Shown: piece after piece, positions 11,514 to 25,550 of the stretch | How the letters are laid out: every line of letters starts with the position of its first letter | Numbering within the stretch: the stretch's first letter is position 1 | Source: Macrostomum hystrix | Lineage: Eukaryota; Animalia; Platyhelminthes | Direction: 5' to 3' | DNA: 64,000 nucleotides | Assembly (NCBI GenBank): GCA_950097015.1 | Contig: CATNEN010000008.1 | Location: 682,001-746,000 of the forward strand | The notes under the pieces: model-generated | Database searches by the model: none | Told to the model about the DNA's origin: nothing | Seen by the model: only the letters and a program-made list of their open reading frames with translations | Translations under genes and position numbers: made by a program

Positions 11514-12899
11514 AAGATGGTCGGGGATGGATTCAGATGGTCGGGGATGGATTCAGATGGTCGGGGATGGATTCAGATGGTCGGGGATGGATTCAGATGG
11601 TCGGGATGGATTAAGATGATAAAGAAGAATTAAGATGGTCGGGACGGATTAAGATGGTCGGGGATGGATTCAGATGGTCGGGATGGATTAAGATGGTCGG
11701 GATGGATTTAGATGGTCGGGATGGATTAAGATGGTCGGGGATGGATTCAGATGGTCGGGATGGATTCAGATGGTCGGGATGGATTAAGATGGTCGGGGAT
11801 GGATTAAGATGATAAAGAAGAATTAAGATGGTCGGGAAGGATTAAGATGGTCGGGATGGATGAAGATGGTCGGGGATGGATTTAGATGGTCGGGGATGGA
11901 TTCAGATGGTCGGGATGGATTAAGATGATAAAGAAGAATTAAGATGGTCGGGATGGATTTAGATGGTCGGGGATGGATTCAGATGGTCGGGATGGATTAA
12001 GATGATAAAGAAGAATTAAGATGGTCGGGACGGATTAAGATGGTCGGGGATGGATTCAGATGGTCGGGATGGATTAAGATGGTCGGGATGGATTTAGATG
12101 GTCGGGATGGATTAAGATGGTCGGGGATGGATTCAGATGGTCGGGATGGATTCAGATGGTCGGGATGGATTAAGATGGTCGGGGATGGATTAAGATGATA
12201 AAGAAGAATTAAGATGGTCGGGAAGGATTAAGATGGTCGGGATGGATGAAGATGGTCGGGATGGATTAAGATGGTCGGGGATGGATTAAGATGATAAAGA
12301 AGAATTAAGATGGTCGGGAAGGATTAAGATGGTCGGGATGGATGAAGATGGTCGGGGATGGATTAAGATGGTCGGGGATGGATTAAGATGATAAAGAAGG
12401 ATTAAGATGGTCGGGAAGGATTAAGATGGTCGGGATGGATGAAGATGGTCGGGGATGGATTAAGATAGTCAGAGATGGATTAAGATGGCTGAGATGGATT
12501 AAGAAAGTCAGAGATGGATTAAGATGGTCGGGAAGGATTAAGATGGTCGGGGATGGATTAAGATGGTCGGGGATGGATTAAGATGATCGGGGATGGATTC
12601 AGATGATCGGGGATGGATTAAGATGGTCGGGGATGGATTAAGATGATCAAGAAGGATTAAGATGGTCGGGAAGGATTAAGATGGTCGGGCATGGATTCAG
12701 ATGGTCTGGGATGGATTCTGATGGTCAGGGATGGATTAAGATGATCAAGAAGGATTAAGATGGTCGGGAAGGATTAAGATGGTCGGGGATGGATTAAGAT
12801 GGTTGGGGATGGATTAGGATGGTTGGGGATGGATTAAGATGGTCGGGGATGGATTAAGATAGTCGGGGATGGATTAAGATGTTCGGGATGGATTAAGAT
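11514..12899. repeat. 19-20-bp minisatellite (gatggtcggggatggatt[a/c]a) with interspersed gatgataaagaagaattaa variant
   Basis: Direct tandem repetition visible throughout. Confidence 0.95.
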
Positions 12900-13658
12900 C
12901 CGTGCTGTTAACTATATTGCGGATGTGTTTATGATGGCCGATACATATAACAGTGGTGGGTCAGACAAGACTGGAAGGATACTGGTAAGGACTTCAAATT
13001 TGAAGTCAATTTCAAACTCTGACTGACCGTGCTCGTAGGTAGCTGTGGCATAGTACTTGCGAGAACAGATGCTTTGGTCCATCACACCGAAGTCGCCGCC
13101 CAGCTGACTGTCCATGTTTGAAATAAACACAGCGCTGTGAATCTCCATGCACCAGGCTGCAGTTTTTTGCGCTGTTCTGTTTCTAAGCTTGGAGAACGAT
13201 AATAAAGCTACGTAATTTTACTTTTACTACTATCAAACCAATGGCCTTTCAACTTGAACCTGGCGATTACTCAGACTAATATTTATACAGTTTGGCAGCG
13301 TTATACTAATATTTTATGCTCCGTAGCCAGCCAACCACAATTGTCTTTACTAACTTGCCACTTAGCGCATATAAGCAATCATAGCGCGACATCCAGTTTG
13401 GAGGCCTAACTGCATCTCCCAGATGTGAAGTTGCGCATCCATACTCTAACTAGGCGCTCAAGAATCCTAGAATTGCAGGCGGATGCATTTAAAAAAAAAA
13501 GGCACGGACAATGCAAAAGAGACTGTCTTTTAATTAATTTGCTCCCTCGGTTCATTGTCATTAACGTTCGTTGCTGTGCAGAACAATTTTAGTTATATTT
13601 TGCCCCCTAGGTCATTTTGTGAAGACTATTGGTTTAGGGGTTTCATTGACAGCTGAGA

Positions 13659-15063
13659 GACTGTGAGGTGTCTTCAAGGACTGTGAGGTGTCTTCAAGGA
13701 CTCTTCTTCAAGGACTGTGAGGTGTCTTCAAGGACTCTTCTTTAAGGACTGTGAGGTGTCTTCAAGGACTCTTCTTCAAGGACTGTGAGGTGTCTTCAAG
13801 GACTCTTCTTCGAGGACTGTGAGGTGTCTTCAAGGACTCTTCTTCGAGGACTGTGAGGTGTCTTCAAGGACTCTTCTTCGAGCACTGCTAGGTGTATTCG
13901 AGGACTGCTAGGTGTCTTCGAGAACTGTGAGGTGTCTTCGAGCACTGCTAGGTGTCTTCGAGGACTGCTAGGTGTCTTCGAGCACTGCTAGGTGTCTTCG
14001 AGGACTGCTAGGTGTCTTCGAGGACTGTGAGGTGTCTTCGAGAACTGTGAGGTGTCTTCGAGCACTGCTAGGTGTCTTCGAGGACTGCTAGGTGTCTTCG
14101 AGCACTGCTAGGTGTCTTCGAGGACTGCTAGGTGTCTTCGAGGACTGTGAGGTGTCTTCGAGAACTGTGAGGTGTCTTCGAGCACTGCTAGGTGTATTCG
14201 AGGACTGCTAGGTGTCTTCGAGAACTGTGAGGTGTCTTCGAGCACTGCTAGGTGTCTTCGAGGACTGCTAGGTGTCTTCGAGCACTGCTAGGTGTCTTCG
14301 AGGACTGCTAGGTGTCTTCGAGCACTGCTAGGTGTCTTCGAGGACTGCTAGGTGTCTTCGAGGACTGTGAGGTGTCTTCGAGAACTGTGAGGTGTCTTCG
14401 AGCACTGCTAGGTGTATTCGAGGACTGCTAGGTGTCTTCGAGAACTGTGAGGTGTCTTCGAGCACTGCTAGGTGTCTTCGAGGACTGCTAGGTGTCTTCG
14501 AGCACTGCTAGGTGTCTTCGAGGACTGCTAGGTGTCTTCGAGCACTGCTAGGTGTCTTCGAGGACTGTGAGGTTTCTTCGAGGACTGTGAGATGTCTTTG
14601 ATGGACTGTGAGGCTTCATCTTCGAGGACTGTGAGATGTCTTCGTGCACTGCTAGGTGTCTTCGAGGACTGCTAGGTGTCTTCGAGCACTGCTAGGTGTC
14701 TTCGAGGACTGCTAGGTGTCTTCGAGGACTGTGAGGTTTCTTCGAGGACTGTGAGATGTCTTTGATGGACTGTGAGGCTTCATCTTCGAGAACTGTGAGA
14801 TGTCTTCGAGGACTGTGAATTGTCTTCGAGGACTGTGAGGTGTCTTCGAGGACTGTGAGGTGTCTACGAGGACAGTGAGGTTTCTTCAAGGACTGTGAGG
14901 TGTCTTCGAGGACTGTGAGGTGTCTTCAAGGACTGTAAGGCTTCGTATTCAAGGAATGTGAGGCTTCGTATTCAAGGAATGTGAGGCTTCGTATTTGAGG
15001 ACTGTGATGTGTCTTCGTGGACTGTGAGGTGTCTTCGTGGACTGTAAGATGTCTTCAAGGACG
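13659..15063. repeat. 20-bp minisatellite (gaggactg[ct/tg]aggtgtcttc) with longer variants at the 5' end
   Basis: Direct tandem repetition. Confidence 0.95.
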
Positions 15064-15837
15064 AGCTGTAGCATCATATGGATTATTTCAAAAATAGTTC
15101 TTTTAATTGAGCTAGCACTTGATCGGACAGTACGCAACGATATAGATATGGAGGAAGGCTGGCTTTAGTAGGTTGGTGTTTAGAAAGTTAGAACTGTCAA
15201 ACTTAGTTTTAATGAACTGCAGGATCTAATATTATCTCTGGCACGATCAACTCTAAATAGTGTTTTGGTTTGTTCTCTTATTAGAATATTGTTTAAGTCG
15301 TCCCTTAACGCTAAAGCCATACAATACTATTGTGTGTTACTCCAAGCTATAGTCCATAATTACTCTACCAAGAGACAAAGAGCGTATTGTTAAGTAAGCT
15401 AACGATAGCGTACTAGTTCAAACTAGTATTTTGACAGTCCGAGCAGGCCTTAGAAGCCTACTCGGACAACAGAGTCTATCTTGTTGTTTTCTAACCAATG
15501 CACTTCAATGCCATTCTAATTGTTAGTTTTAATAATTTTTTGCATCTCAGATTGTATATTAGCAAAGGCAGTCTGAGAATAGGCAAGCAGGATGTCTTTT
15601 GTTAGAAAAAAATTGTCATGAGCAATGCTTTTTCATACATATACATTATACATCATACATTTTTTGAATGAGCAATGCTTTATATGAAGCGAATTCAAAA
15701 ACAAAAGCTGCAGTAAGACTAGTAGAAAACTAAGCAATGCGTCTTACTATTTTTGACACTTTGAAAGTACATAACTGCAATAATACGTTGAAGTTTAAGC
15801 TCTTAAAATGTACGCCTGAATCTCTGCCAGGTATCAC

Positions 15838-16156
15838 ATCTCCCGTCTCATCTCTCTCTTGTCTCATCTCTCTCTCCTGTCTCATCTCTCAGCTGTCTCA
15901 TCTCTCTTGTGTCTCATCTCTACCCTGTCTCATCTCTCCCCTGTCTCATCTCTCCCCTGTCTCATCTCTCCCCTGTGTCATCTCCCCTGTGTCTCATCTC
16001 TACCCTGTCTCATCTCTCCCCTGTCTCATCTCTCCCCTGTCTCATCTCTCCTGTGTCTCATCTCTACCCTGTCTCATCTCTCCCCTGTCTCATCTCTCCC
16101 CTGTGTCATCTCCCCTGTGTCTCATCTCTCCTGTGTCTCATCTCTCCACTGTCTCA
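15838..16156. repeat. 16-bp minisatellite (ctcatctctcccctgt)n
   Basis: Tandem repetition; the reverse complement of the same unit occurs at 33310-33500. Confidence 0.9.
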
Positions 16157-18959
16157 TATTTTTAAAAGAATTAAAAATGATCCTAGTGCTATCGGAAAAA
16201 ACTATTGAATAAAAATGCTAAAGAAAACATAATAATACGATGTTCACTCTATAAGCAGCATTCGTTGAGTGCAACAACACGTCGTAGAATATCCATTTGA
16301 ACAGTCTTGTCGCAATTGGACAAAACTACTTATTTGAAAGTAGAAATGAAAGCGTTAAGGAAAAGTTATATTTTAACATATTATTTGACTGCATGAGTGC
16401 ACGCTTTTGTCGAACAACATGGACCTGCGCCGAGAAAGGAATTGTACGTCAACACCAATTTATAAAGACCGATGGACCGATGGGGCGGCGCATATGGGCA
16501 GAGTCTTATAATAATTATATGAACTAATTAAAATGAAGAAGCAATCCAACCCTCATAAAAATTTCACGAAAACGTAAGGTAGATTCTGGAGGAAACAGTT
16601 CCGACATTTGATCATAGCATATATATGCATGCACTTTTTGTTGAAGGCCGATTGTGCATCATGTAGCTTGCATTTTGCTTCTTGTAAATAATAGCGTTGT
16701 TAGCATTGCATAAAAACAAGCATGTAAAAAGACTCCATGGAGTGCTTTGTCAACATCTTTTTGTTCACAGTCTTCTTGTCAACATTCATTTTAACAGTCA
16801 AGTTGTCGCAGTCAAATTGGTCACAATCATTTTCCCACTGTCGTTTTGTCAACAGTCGAATAGCTCAGCAGTCTATTTTACCTAGCAAAAATAGGCGCCA
16901 GTCAATCGTAGCAATCACGCAACTCACAATTCATTCTATTCAACGGGGGCGCTAGCATAACCGATTTGCTTTATTTCAGAAAGACCAATCATAACAAACA
17001 GACGCTTATTCACTTAAACTGCTTAGAAAAGTTTTAATTACTTTATAATTAATATCATATTCGTATTTTTATATTGTAATGTGTAGTGATATGTAATTCA
17101 AAACCAACAGAATATTATTTATTATTCGATTTATAGTCGTTGATTTTATGTAAATCGATTACTCAGTATTATCTGATCTATTATACATCGAGTTAAGAGG
17201 TTTGGATATAATTGTGCATGGATAACATTTTTAATTATTTTATCCCATGTTTGTAAAGTTAGGCCTAGTGCTGAACTAAAAACTATTATATTATTATTCA
17301 ATGGCTCGGTCAGCATCGTCACTTATTTCCTGATCGAAAGCAAACATGGTCTTGTTTATCAAGAATTTGCATGCTACGACACTAACAACAGCATTTCACA
17401 AACTGCGGATTGATGAAGCCTTAACTTATCCAGTACATGGATGCTCTTTTTTTAAGAATTAAAATGAAAATAAAGAACGCACGGTGCTTTAGACTTAGTT
17501 AAGTGTATTTTATCCGCCTTTTAGCTGATCCAGCCTTTGATTACAGCTAACTGACAAATTGGGGGCCTATGGCTATGCATTAATTATTGCTGTTTAAATT
17601 GTATAAGTATATATTATATTTATGCCTTATAAACTTAATCTAATCTAGTGACTTACTAGTGTCTTTTGACTTGGTCCTATATTGTATGTTCATTTCTTTC
17701 TCATTTTCTGCATGAGTTTTAATTTTAGGGGTCCTAATCATAGGATCCTGAGATCTTATGTTATTTCAATGTTGAGGATCTGATAAAAATGGGATTAAAC
17801 TTGGAAGTTAGAACTCATGCTTTGCAGAGCAGAAGTGACATTTTTGTCATACAGATTGCACTTTAGCAATTATTAGCAACTATAGTTAGCAAATAGTCAG
17901 TAAGAGCTCACTCTTCAAGTCTAAGTGTCATAAGTTAAGTAACTATCTAAGTGATTCAATCCCTCAACCTCAGTGCCTCCTTGGCAATAGGCAATGGCCT
18001 GGGTAGATATTACAGCATTTAGAACTAATATGTACAACATAGGTATTCAATGGACATTTATTCATGTTGAACATTGAACAAGTAGCAACAATAGAACCAA
18101 TACTTCTATTATTATTAATTTGGCTATAATTAAATTTTTATAATCACACTTGTTTATATGATAAGCTAAATAAGATTTAAAATTGAATACAGAATTAAAT
18201 AAGTTGTTAACCAATATCAAGCATTTGTATTTACCCAACTTTCAGATAATTAGTTTTTTTCACTTGTTGCAAGCAAAAAACTGCAAAAGTAATAGTAAAA
18301 GTATAAAGTAAAAGTGTTGTATAGCATCACACTAAAGGACTATATTTTTATGATTTTAGGATAGTGTTTTGTACCTGTGCTACATATGTAAGTTTTTTGA
18401 AAATTATTCCAACAGGGCTTTAATATGTATATCAAGTTTATATATATATATATATGGCTCTAGATTTAGGAACATTTTACATTAACTAGCTACAAATATT
18501 GACTGTTGCAGATTTTTTCACTACTATAAAAAACTAAAAACATAGAAATCTACTGAGAGCATGTTAGTCCAGAAAAATGTTTTCATTGCAGACAACAGAA
18601 AAATATAGATTTGTTAGATCAATCCTGGGATAGAAAAATATCAGGGATTTCAGACCAATAATTTGTCTATATCATATCATATAGAAAAAGTCTAGACATT
18701 TAGTTACCTATGTTTGAAATTGTTTCTCAATCTCCAATTTGTCTACTTTGATGGTGATTACTTTTCCATAAATGTTTACAAATTTGAATAAAGCTAATGT
18801 TAACTTCAATTATACAGTTAATAAAGTGTAAAATAAAGTGTATTTTTAGTTATTATGTATCTAAACTAAAAGTGTCTATAAATAGTTTAAAATGTTGGAT
18901 CAAAATGCAATAATAAACTCTATTTTCATTCCATGACTTAACACAAATATCCAATAGCC

Positions 18960-19160
18960 ATGCAGACAGCGCGACAGTGCCAGTTTAAGCTTGTGCTTCT
19001 AGGCGAGTCGGCCGTGGGCAAGTCGTCCTTAGTGTTGAGATTTGTCAAAGGCCAGTTTCACGAATACCAAGAGTCCACTATTGGTGCGGCCTTCCTAACA
19101 CAGACAGTTGTTGTTGACGATGTCACAGTTAAATTCGAAATCTGGGACACAGCCGGACAA
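18960..19160 (+). CDS. Rab5: Rab5 GTPase, coding exon 1
   Basis: [58 protein letters not shown] is the Rab5 signature; donor caa|gtaagt at 19161 (phase 0). Confidence 0.97.
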
Positions 19161-19176
19161 GTAAGTTTACATGTAG

Positions 19177-21826
19177 TCTGTTCAGTTTTAGGACCATCAT
19201 TCTCCCCAGAATCTGTTCAGTTTTAGGACCATCATTCTCCCTCAGAATCTGTTCAGTTTTAGGACCATCATTCTCCCCAGAATCTGTTCAGTTTTATGGC
19301 TCTTTTTCTCCCCAGAATCTGTTCAGTTTTAGGACCATCATTCTCCCCAGAATCTGTTCAGTTTTAGGACCATCATTCTCCCCAGAATCTGTTCAGTTTT
19401 AGGGACCATCACATACATTCTCCCCAGAATCTGTTCAGTTTGAGGTCCATCATTCTCCCCAGAATCTGTTCAGTTTTAGGTCCATCATTCTCTCCAGAAT
19501 CTATTCAGTTTTAGGACCATCATTCTCCCCAGAATCTGTTCAGTTTTAGGGCCATCATTCTCCCCAGAATCTAGTTCAGTTTTAGGGACCATCATTCTCC
19601 CCAGAATCTGTTCAGTTTTAGGACATCATTCTCCCAGAATCTGTTCAGTTTTAGGACCATCATTCTCCCCAGAATCTGTTCAGTTTTAGGACCATCATTC
19701 TCCTCAGAATCTGTTCAGTTTTAGGACCATCATTCTCCCAGAATCTGTTCAGTTTTATGGACCACATTTCTCCCCTAGAATCTGTTCAGTTTTAGGACCA
19801 TCATTCTCCCCAGAATCTGTTCAGTTTTAGGACCATCATTCTCCCCAGAATCTGTTCAGTTTTAGGACCATCATTCTCCCCAGAATCTGTTCAGTTTTAG
19901 GACCATCATTCTCCCCAGAATCTGTTCAGTTTTAGGACCATCATTCTCCCCAGAATCTGTTCAGTTTTAGGACCATCATTCTCCCCAGAATCTGTTCAGT
20001 TTTAGGACCATCATTCTCCCCAGAATCTGTTCAGTTTTATGGCCATCATTTCTCCCCAGAATCTGTTCAGTTTTAGGACAATCATTCTCCCCAGAATCTG
20101 TTCAGTTTTAGGACCATCATTCTCCCCAGAATCTGTTCAGTTTTAGGTACCATCATTCTCCCCAGAATCTGTTCAGTTTTAGGTCCATCATTCTCCCCAG
20201 AATCTGTTCAGTTTTAGGACCATCATTCTCCCCAGAATCTGTTCAGTTTTAGGACCATCATTCTCCCCAGAATATATTCAGTTTTATGGCTCGTTTTCTC
20301 CCCAGAATCTGTTCAGTTTTAGGACAATCATTCTCCCCAGAATCTGTTCAGTTTTAGGTCCATCATTCTCCCCAGAATCTGTTCAGTTTTAGGACCATCA
20401 TTCTCCCCAGAATCTGTTCAGTTTTAGGACCATCATTCTCCCCAGAATCTGTTCAGTTTTAGGACCATCATTCTCCCCAGAATATATTCAGTTTTATGGC
20501 TCGTTTTCTCCCCAGAATCTGTTCAGTTTTAGGACCATCATTCTCCCCAGAATCTGTTCAGTTTTAGGTCCATCATTCTCCCCAGAATCTGTTCAGTTTT
20601 AGGACAATCATTCTTCCCAGAATCTGTTCAGTTTTAGGACCATCATTCTCCCCAGAATCTGTTCAGTTTTAGGTCCATCATTCTCCCCAGAATCTGTTCA
20701 GTTTTAGGACCATCATTCTCCCCAGAATATATTCAGTTTTATGGCTCGTTTTCTCCCCAGAATCTGTTCAGTTTTAGGACAATCATTCTCCCCAGAATCT
20801 GTTCAGTTTTAGGTCCATCATTCTCCCCAGAATCTGTTCAGTTTTAGGACCATCATTCTCCCCAGAATCTGTTCAGTTTTATGGCTCTTTTTCTCCCCAG
20901 AATCTGTTCAGTTTTAGGACAATCATTCTCCCCAGAATCTGTTCAGTTTTAGGACAATCATTCTCCCCAGAATCTGTTCAGTTTTAGGACCATCATTCTC
21001 CCCAGAATGTGTTCAGTTTTAGGTCCATCATTCTCCCCAGAATGTGTTCAGTTTTAGGACCATCATTCTCCCCAGAATATATTCAGTTTTAGGTCCATCA
21101 TTCTCCCCAGAATGTGTTCAGTTTTAGGACCATCATTCTCCCCAGAATCTGTTCAGTTTTAGGTCCATCATTCTCCCCAGAATGTGTTCAGTTTTAGGAC
21201 CATCATTCTCCCCAGAATATATTCAGTTTTAGGTCCATCATTCTCCCCAGAATGTGTTCAGTTTTAGGACCATCATTCTCCCCAGAATCTGTTCAGTTTT
21301 AGGTCCATCATTCTCCCCAGAATGTGTTCAGTTTTAGGACCATCATTCTCCCCAGAATGTGTTCAGTTTTAGGTCCATCATTCTCCCCAGAATGTGTTCA
21401 GTTTTAGGACCATCATTCTCCCCAGAATATATTCAGTTTTAGGTCCATCATTCTCCCCAGAATCTGTTCAGTTTTAGGACCATCATTCTCCCCAGAATAT
21501 ATTCAGTTTTAGGTCCATCATTCTCCCCAGAATGTGTTCAGTTTTAGGACCATCATTCTCCCCAGAATGTGTTCAGTTTTAGGTCCATCATTCTCCCCAG
21601 AATCTGTTCAGTTTTAGGACCATCATTCTCCCCAGAATATATTCAGTTTTAGGTCCATCATTCTCCCCAGAATCTATTCAGTTTTAGGACCATCATTCTC
21701 CCCAGAATCTGTTCAGTTTTAGGTCCATCATTCTCCCCAGAATCTGTTCAGTTTTAGGTCCATCATTCTCCCCAGAATCTGTTCAGTTTTATGGCTCTTT
21801 TTCTCCCCAGAATCTGCTCAGTCTTA
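19177..21826. repeat. 35-bp minisatellite (agaatctgttcagttttaggaccatcattctcccc)n, ~75 copies, filling the Rab5 intron
   Basis: Period 35 (e.g. tcatt at 19801 and 19836). Confidence 0.97.
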
Positions 21827-21878
21827 GGCCTAGGAAATATAATGTATTCCATCAAATCCTGACTGCTCTGCCAAACAG

Positions 21879-22307
21879 GAGCGGTATCACTCGCTGGCCC
21901 CAATGTACTACCGCGGCGCCCAGGCGGCCATAGTGGTGTACGATGTAACCAGTGCAGATTCGTTTCAACGCGCCAAATCGTGGATTCGCGAACTAAACGA
22001 GAAGGCCACCGCAGTTAAAGTCGTGGCCTTAGCTGGCAACAAAGTGGACTTGCAGCAGCAGCGCCTGGTTGATTTGGCTGAGGCGCAACAGTTTGCTGAA
22101 GACAAAGGTCTCATCTTCATGGAGACTAGCGCCAAGACCGCTATGAATGTCAACGATTTATTTCTATCCGTTGCTAAGCGACTGGCCCAGCTTGGCGACG
22201 CCGCCGGCGGCATCGGCGCCGGAGCTGGCGGGGCCGGCGGCCAACGGCTTCAACAGGGCGCCGGCGGCTCTGGGGACTCCAGCCGCAGCGGATCCTGCTG
22301 CAAGTAG
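21879..22307 (+). CDS. Rab5: Rab5 GTPase, coding exon 2
   Basis: Acceptor ccaaacag|GAG gives [22 protein letters not shown]...ALAGNKVDL...FMETSAKT; Gly-rich hypervariable tail ending CCK (prenylation cysteines). Confidence 0.97.
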   Translation, partial: ERYHSLAPMYYRGAQAAIVVYDVTSADSFQRAKSWIRELNEKATAVKVVALAGNKVDLQQQRLVDLAEAQQFAEDKGLIFMETSAKTAMNVNDLFLSVAKRLAQLGDAAGGIGAGAGGAGGQRLQQGAGGSGDSSRSGSCCK

Positions 22308-22469
22308 AACTCCGTACCACTGACACTGCCGCCATGCCGCCTAAGCTCTGCCTCTGCAACTTCGCTTATTTGATTCTGCTGTTTGTTGTTTGTGGGTAAC
22401 ACGTCTGCTGGATCTGAGAAAGCTTGAACGACTTTTGGGATGGGAGAAGCTAACATTTGATCAATTTGG

Positions 22470-22920
22470 GATTAGGATTTGGAATATTGAGATCAAAATA
22501 GATTGTGATTTTGAAATTTTAGGAAAAAAATATATTAGGATTTACAATTTAGGGATCAAAATCGATCGATTAGGATTTAGAATTTTGGGATCAAAATTGA
22601 TTAGGATTTAGAATTTTGGGATCAAAATCGTTTAGGATTAGAATTTTGGGATCAAAATCGATCAGGATTTAGATTGTTAGGGATCAAAATAGATTGGGAT
22701 TTAGAATTTTGGGATCATAATAGCTTGGGATTTTGAACTCAGGATCACAATCGATCGGGTCTTGTGAGACGGTGAGATATCTTTTTACAGGTTTTCTGGT
22801 GAGATTAGAGTTTTTGGATCATTATAGATAGGTATGAATTAGTATTTTGGAATCATATTAAACTGCTTTTTAGTTTTAGGATAATCATAATAGATTCAGG
22901 ATTTTCAATTTATGGGTTTT
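22470..22920. repeat. Degenerate ~30-35-bp repeat (gggatcaaaatcgat...taggatttagaatttt) in the Rab5 3' region
   Basis: Repeated gggatcaaaat / ggatttagaatttt motifs. Confidence 0.65.
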
Positions 22921-24133
22921 GGGATTAAAAAATTCTTATTCTGTCACTGAAAACATGTTACTTACATGTTTAATAACTCTATTATTGCTGTCGGATTCGA
23001 TAACCAGCGCATTGTCGTTTGACCCGCTTTTCCCCAAGCTGTTTGTTATTTTTCTTGTCGATTTAAGTTTTTTGTGTCATTTAGTTAGTAATTCATCATT
23101 CAGAATATTGTTAATTAACTATTCTTAAAATACCCAACTTTTCTATATCTTCAAGAGCTACAAGTAAAATTTGTTGTGACCATAAAATGAAGGAAATACT
23201 GTTTTTGCTATTAGCTTTTATGATTGTTCCGGTTTTTTAAACATATTTCACTCTCCAAATATATATGAAGGCTAACAGAGTTACAAAAATGTGCATGAAC
23301 TTATATTAAGCTTTGATTTCAGTAAATTGTAATAGTAATTGAGTTCTATAAGCAAGAAAACCTGCGTGCACTTTTACTGCCTGTTAGAAGCAAGCAGTGA
23401 GCAGTGAGCTTCGGTAAAAACAATTGTTTGTTCATTTTTGCTCTCAAATTTTTCTTTTTAAAATATGTCTCTTTTACTACTTCTATTACTATCTTGTCAT
23501 CTCCACACAATCAGTATCAAAACAATATATTTTTGGTTATATTTTAGTAAGTTCACTAAAAAAGGAAAAATTTCATTAAGGACTACTTAGGCAGTTTTAA
23601 ACATAATATATTCTTTGCGTACTACTCGAAAGTAGACTGATTAGCGCATTATTTCCAGCCAGTTATTTGTTATTACCTCTGATGCTGACCCAACTTCAAA
23701 CAAGTAAATTATACTGTGCTTATATTCTGCTATACTGTAGTGTGTATATGCGTGTTCTGTTGTGTTTATTCCGAATTTGTGTTCAAATTTTCTCTAACTG
23801 TAAGTCACTCTTATTTTCGATGTTTTGTTACTCCAGAGAATATCTTTGTTCGTCTTAATTTGCTCTTTATTGTTCCTAAATCTGATGGCTACAATATTAT
23901 ATAGATTATGTACAAATAATATGAAGCACTAATATTTGCTTTTATATTAGGCCTATTGTTAACTAGTAAGCTAATCAACAAAAAGCTTGGTTTCTTGATG
24001 CCAGTAAAATATGTTTAGTTTTTGTTCTTTTTTTGCATCTTTACTTAAGCTTCTTAGATTCTGATTATATTGTTTGTACACCAATAATTAAGTCCCCTTC
24101 GCGTTAACCCATTGACCTAATTATGTTGATTTC

Positions 24134-24164
<31 letters not shown>

Positions 24165-24367
24165 CGTACAATTTTATTGAACAGAAATCTGATGTGTTAC
24201 AGTTATTAAAACAGGCAATCTTAATAAATTAATGCCACATATAGGATAACAAGACAGGCAATGGGTGTGCATATATTCTATTCGCCTATTCTATTCCTTT
24301 ATCGTTTAACAAAAATGCCTTCATTAAAAAATAACTACTTTGTTTTTCTTCCTTTAAACATTTTGTA

Positions 24368-25022
24368 GCTTGTTTGAGTTCATGTTAATGAGTGTTTGAG
24401 TTCATGTTAATGATTGTTTGAGTTCATGTTAATGATTGTTTGAGTTCATGTTAATGAGTGTTTGAGTTCATGTTAATGATTGTTTGAGTTCATGTTAATG
24501 ATTGTTTGAGTTCATGTTAATGATTGTTTGAGTTCATGTTAATGATTGTTTGAGTTCATGTTAATGATTGTTTGAGTTCATGTTAATGATTGTTTGAGTT
24601 CATGTTAATGATTGTTTGAGTTCATGTTCATGAGTGTTTGAGTTCATGTTAATGATTGTTTGAGTTCATGTTAATGATTGTTTGAGTTCATGTTAATGAT
24701 TGTTTGAGTTCATGCTCATGGGTGTTTGAGTTCATGTTAATGATTGTTTGAGTTCATGTTAATGATTGTTTGAGTTCATGCTCATGGGTGTTTGAGTTTA
24801 TGTTAATGATTGTTTGAGTTCATGCTCATGGGTGTTTGAGTTTATGTTCATGATTGTTTGAGTTCATGTTCATGAGTGTTTGAGTTTATGTTAATGATTG
24901 TTTGAGTTCATGTTAATGATTGTTTGAGTTCATGCTGGGAGTCTTTGAGCTCATGCTCATGAGTGTTTGAGTTCATGTTAATGATTGTTTGAGTTCATGT
25001 TCATGAGTGTTTGAGTTCATGC
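24368..25022. repeat. 22-bp minisatellite (tgtttgagttcatgttaatgat)n
   Basis: Period 22 (24481, 24503). Confidence 0.95.
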
Positions 25023-25550
25023 TCAGGATTGTGGTGTCCTAATCGAGCTGACAGTGCCAGTATTTGAGTTCATTTCGCTCGACTAAGCAATGATGCGCCC
25101 AAGACCCTATCAGACCCTGAAATCGCAGTTGCTCAATCTATAACCCCCCAATATCTGATCTATCACCCATAGTGCACTTTTGTAACAACTGGCTGGCTTG
25201 TTTGTTGCAAATAACCCTGGACTATAGGTGCATGTTTCCAAATCATTTTCACCTCGGCTAGAAAATGCATCCTTGTGCACGAGCCGGAGGTTGGGCCTGT
25301 TGACGGAGTGCCACGAAGCACTTGACCGCGCCGAGTGGCGATCGAGCGGCTTCCATCCAAAAAAACTGGCTCGGATTATATATAAGACTTCTCAAAGCCT
25401 TTCTGCGGGAACTGCGAATCGTCATAGGCATTGCTATGCAAATTTTTTACTTGACCCTTAAATCCTGTTTGCGTGCAAAAGTTTTTGCCGGCAAATCTTT
25501 GCTTTTAATGCATTTCCACACATTTTTAGAGAAATGATCGAAAATCGTCT

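Noticed and set aside
11041-13148. Minus-strand ORFs 11041-11433 and 12912-13148 as upstream exons of the ETS gene
   Set aside because: Coding-like composition, but I found no convincing phase-1 donor to join the acceptor at 10776 and no recognisable domain; left unannotated.
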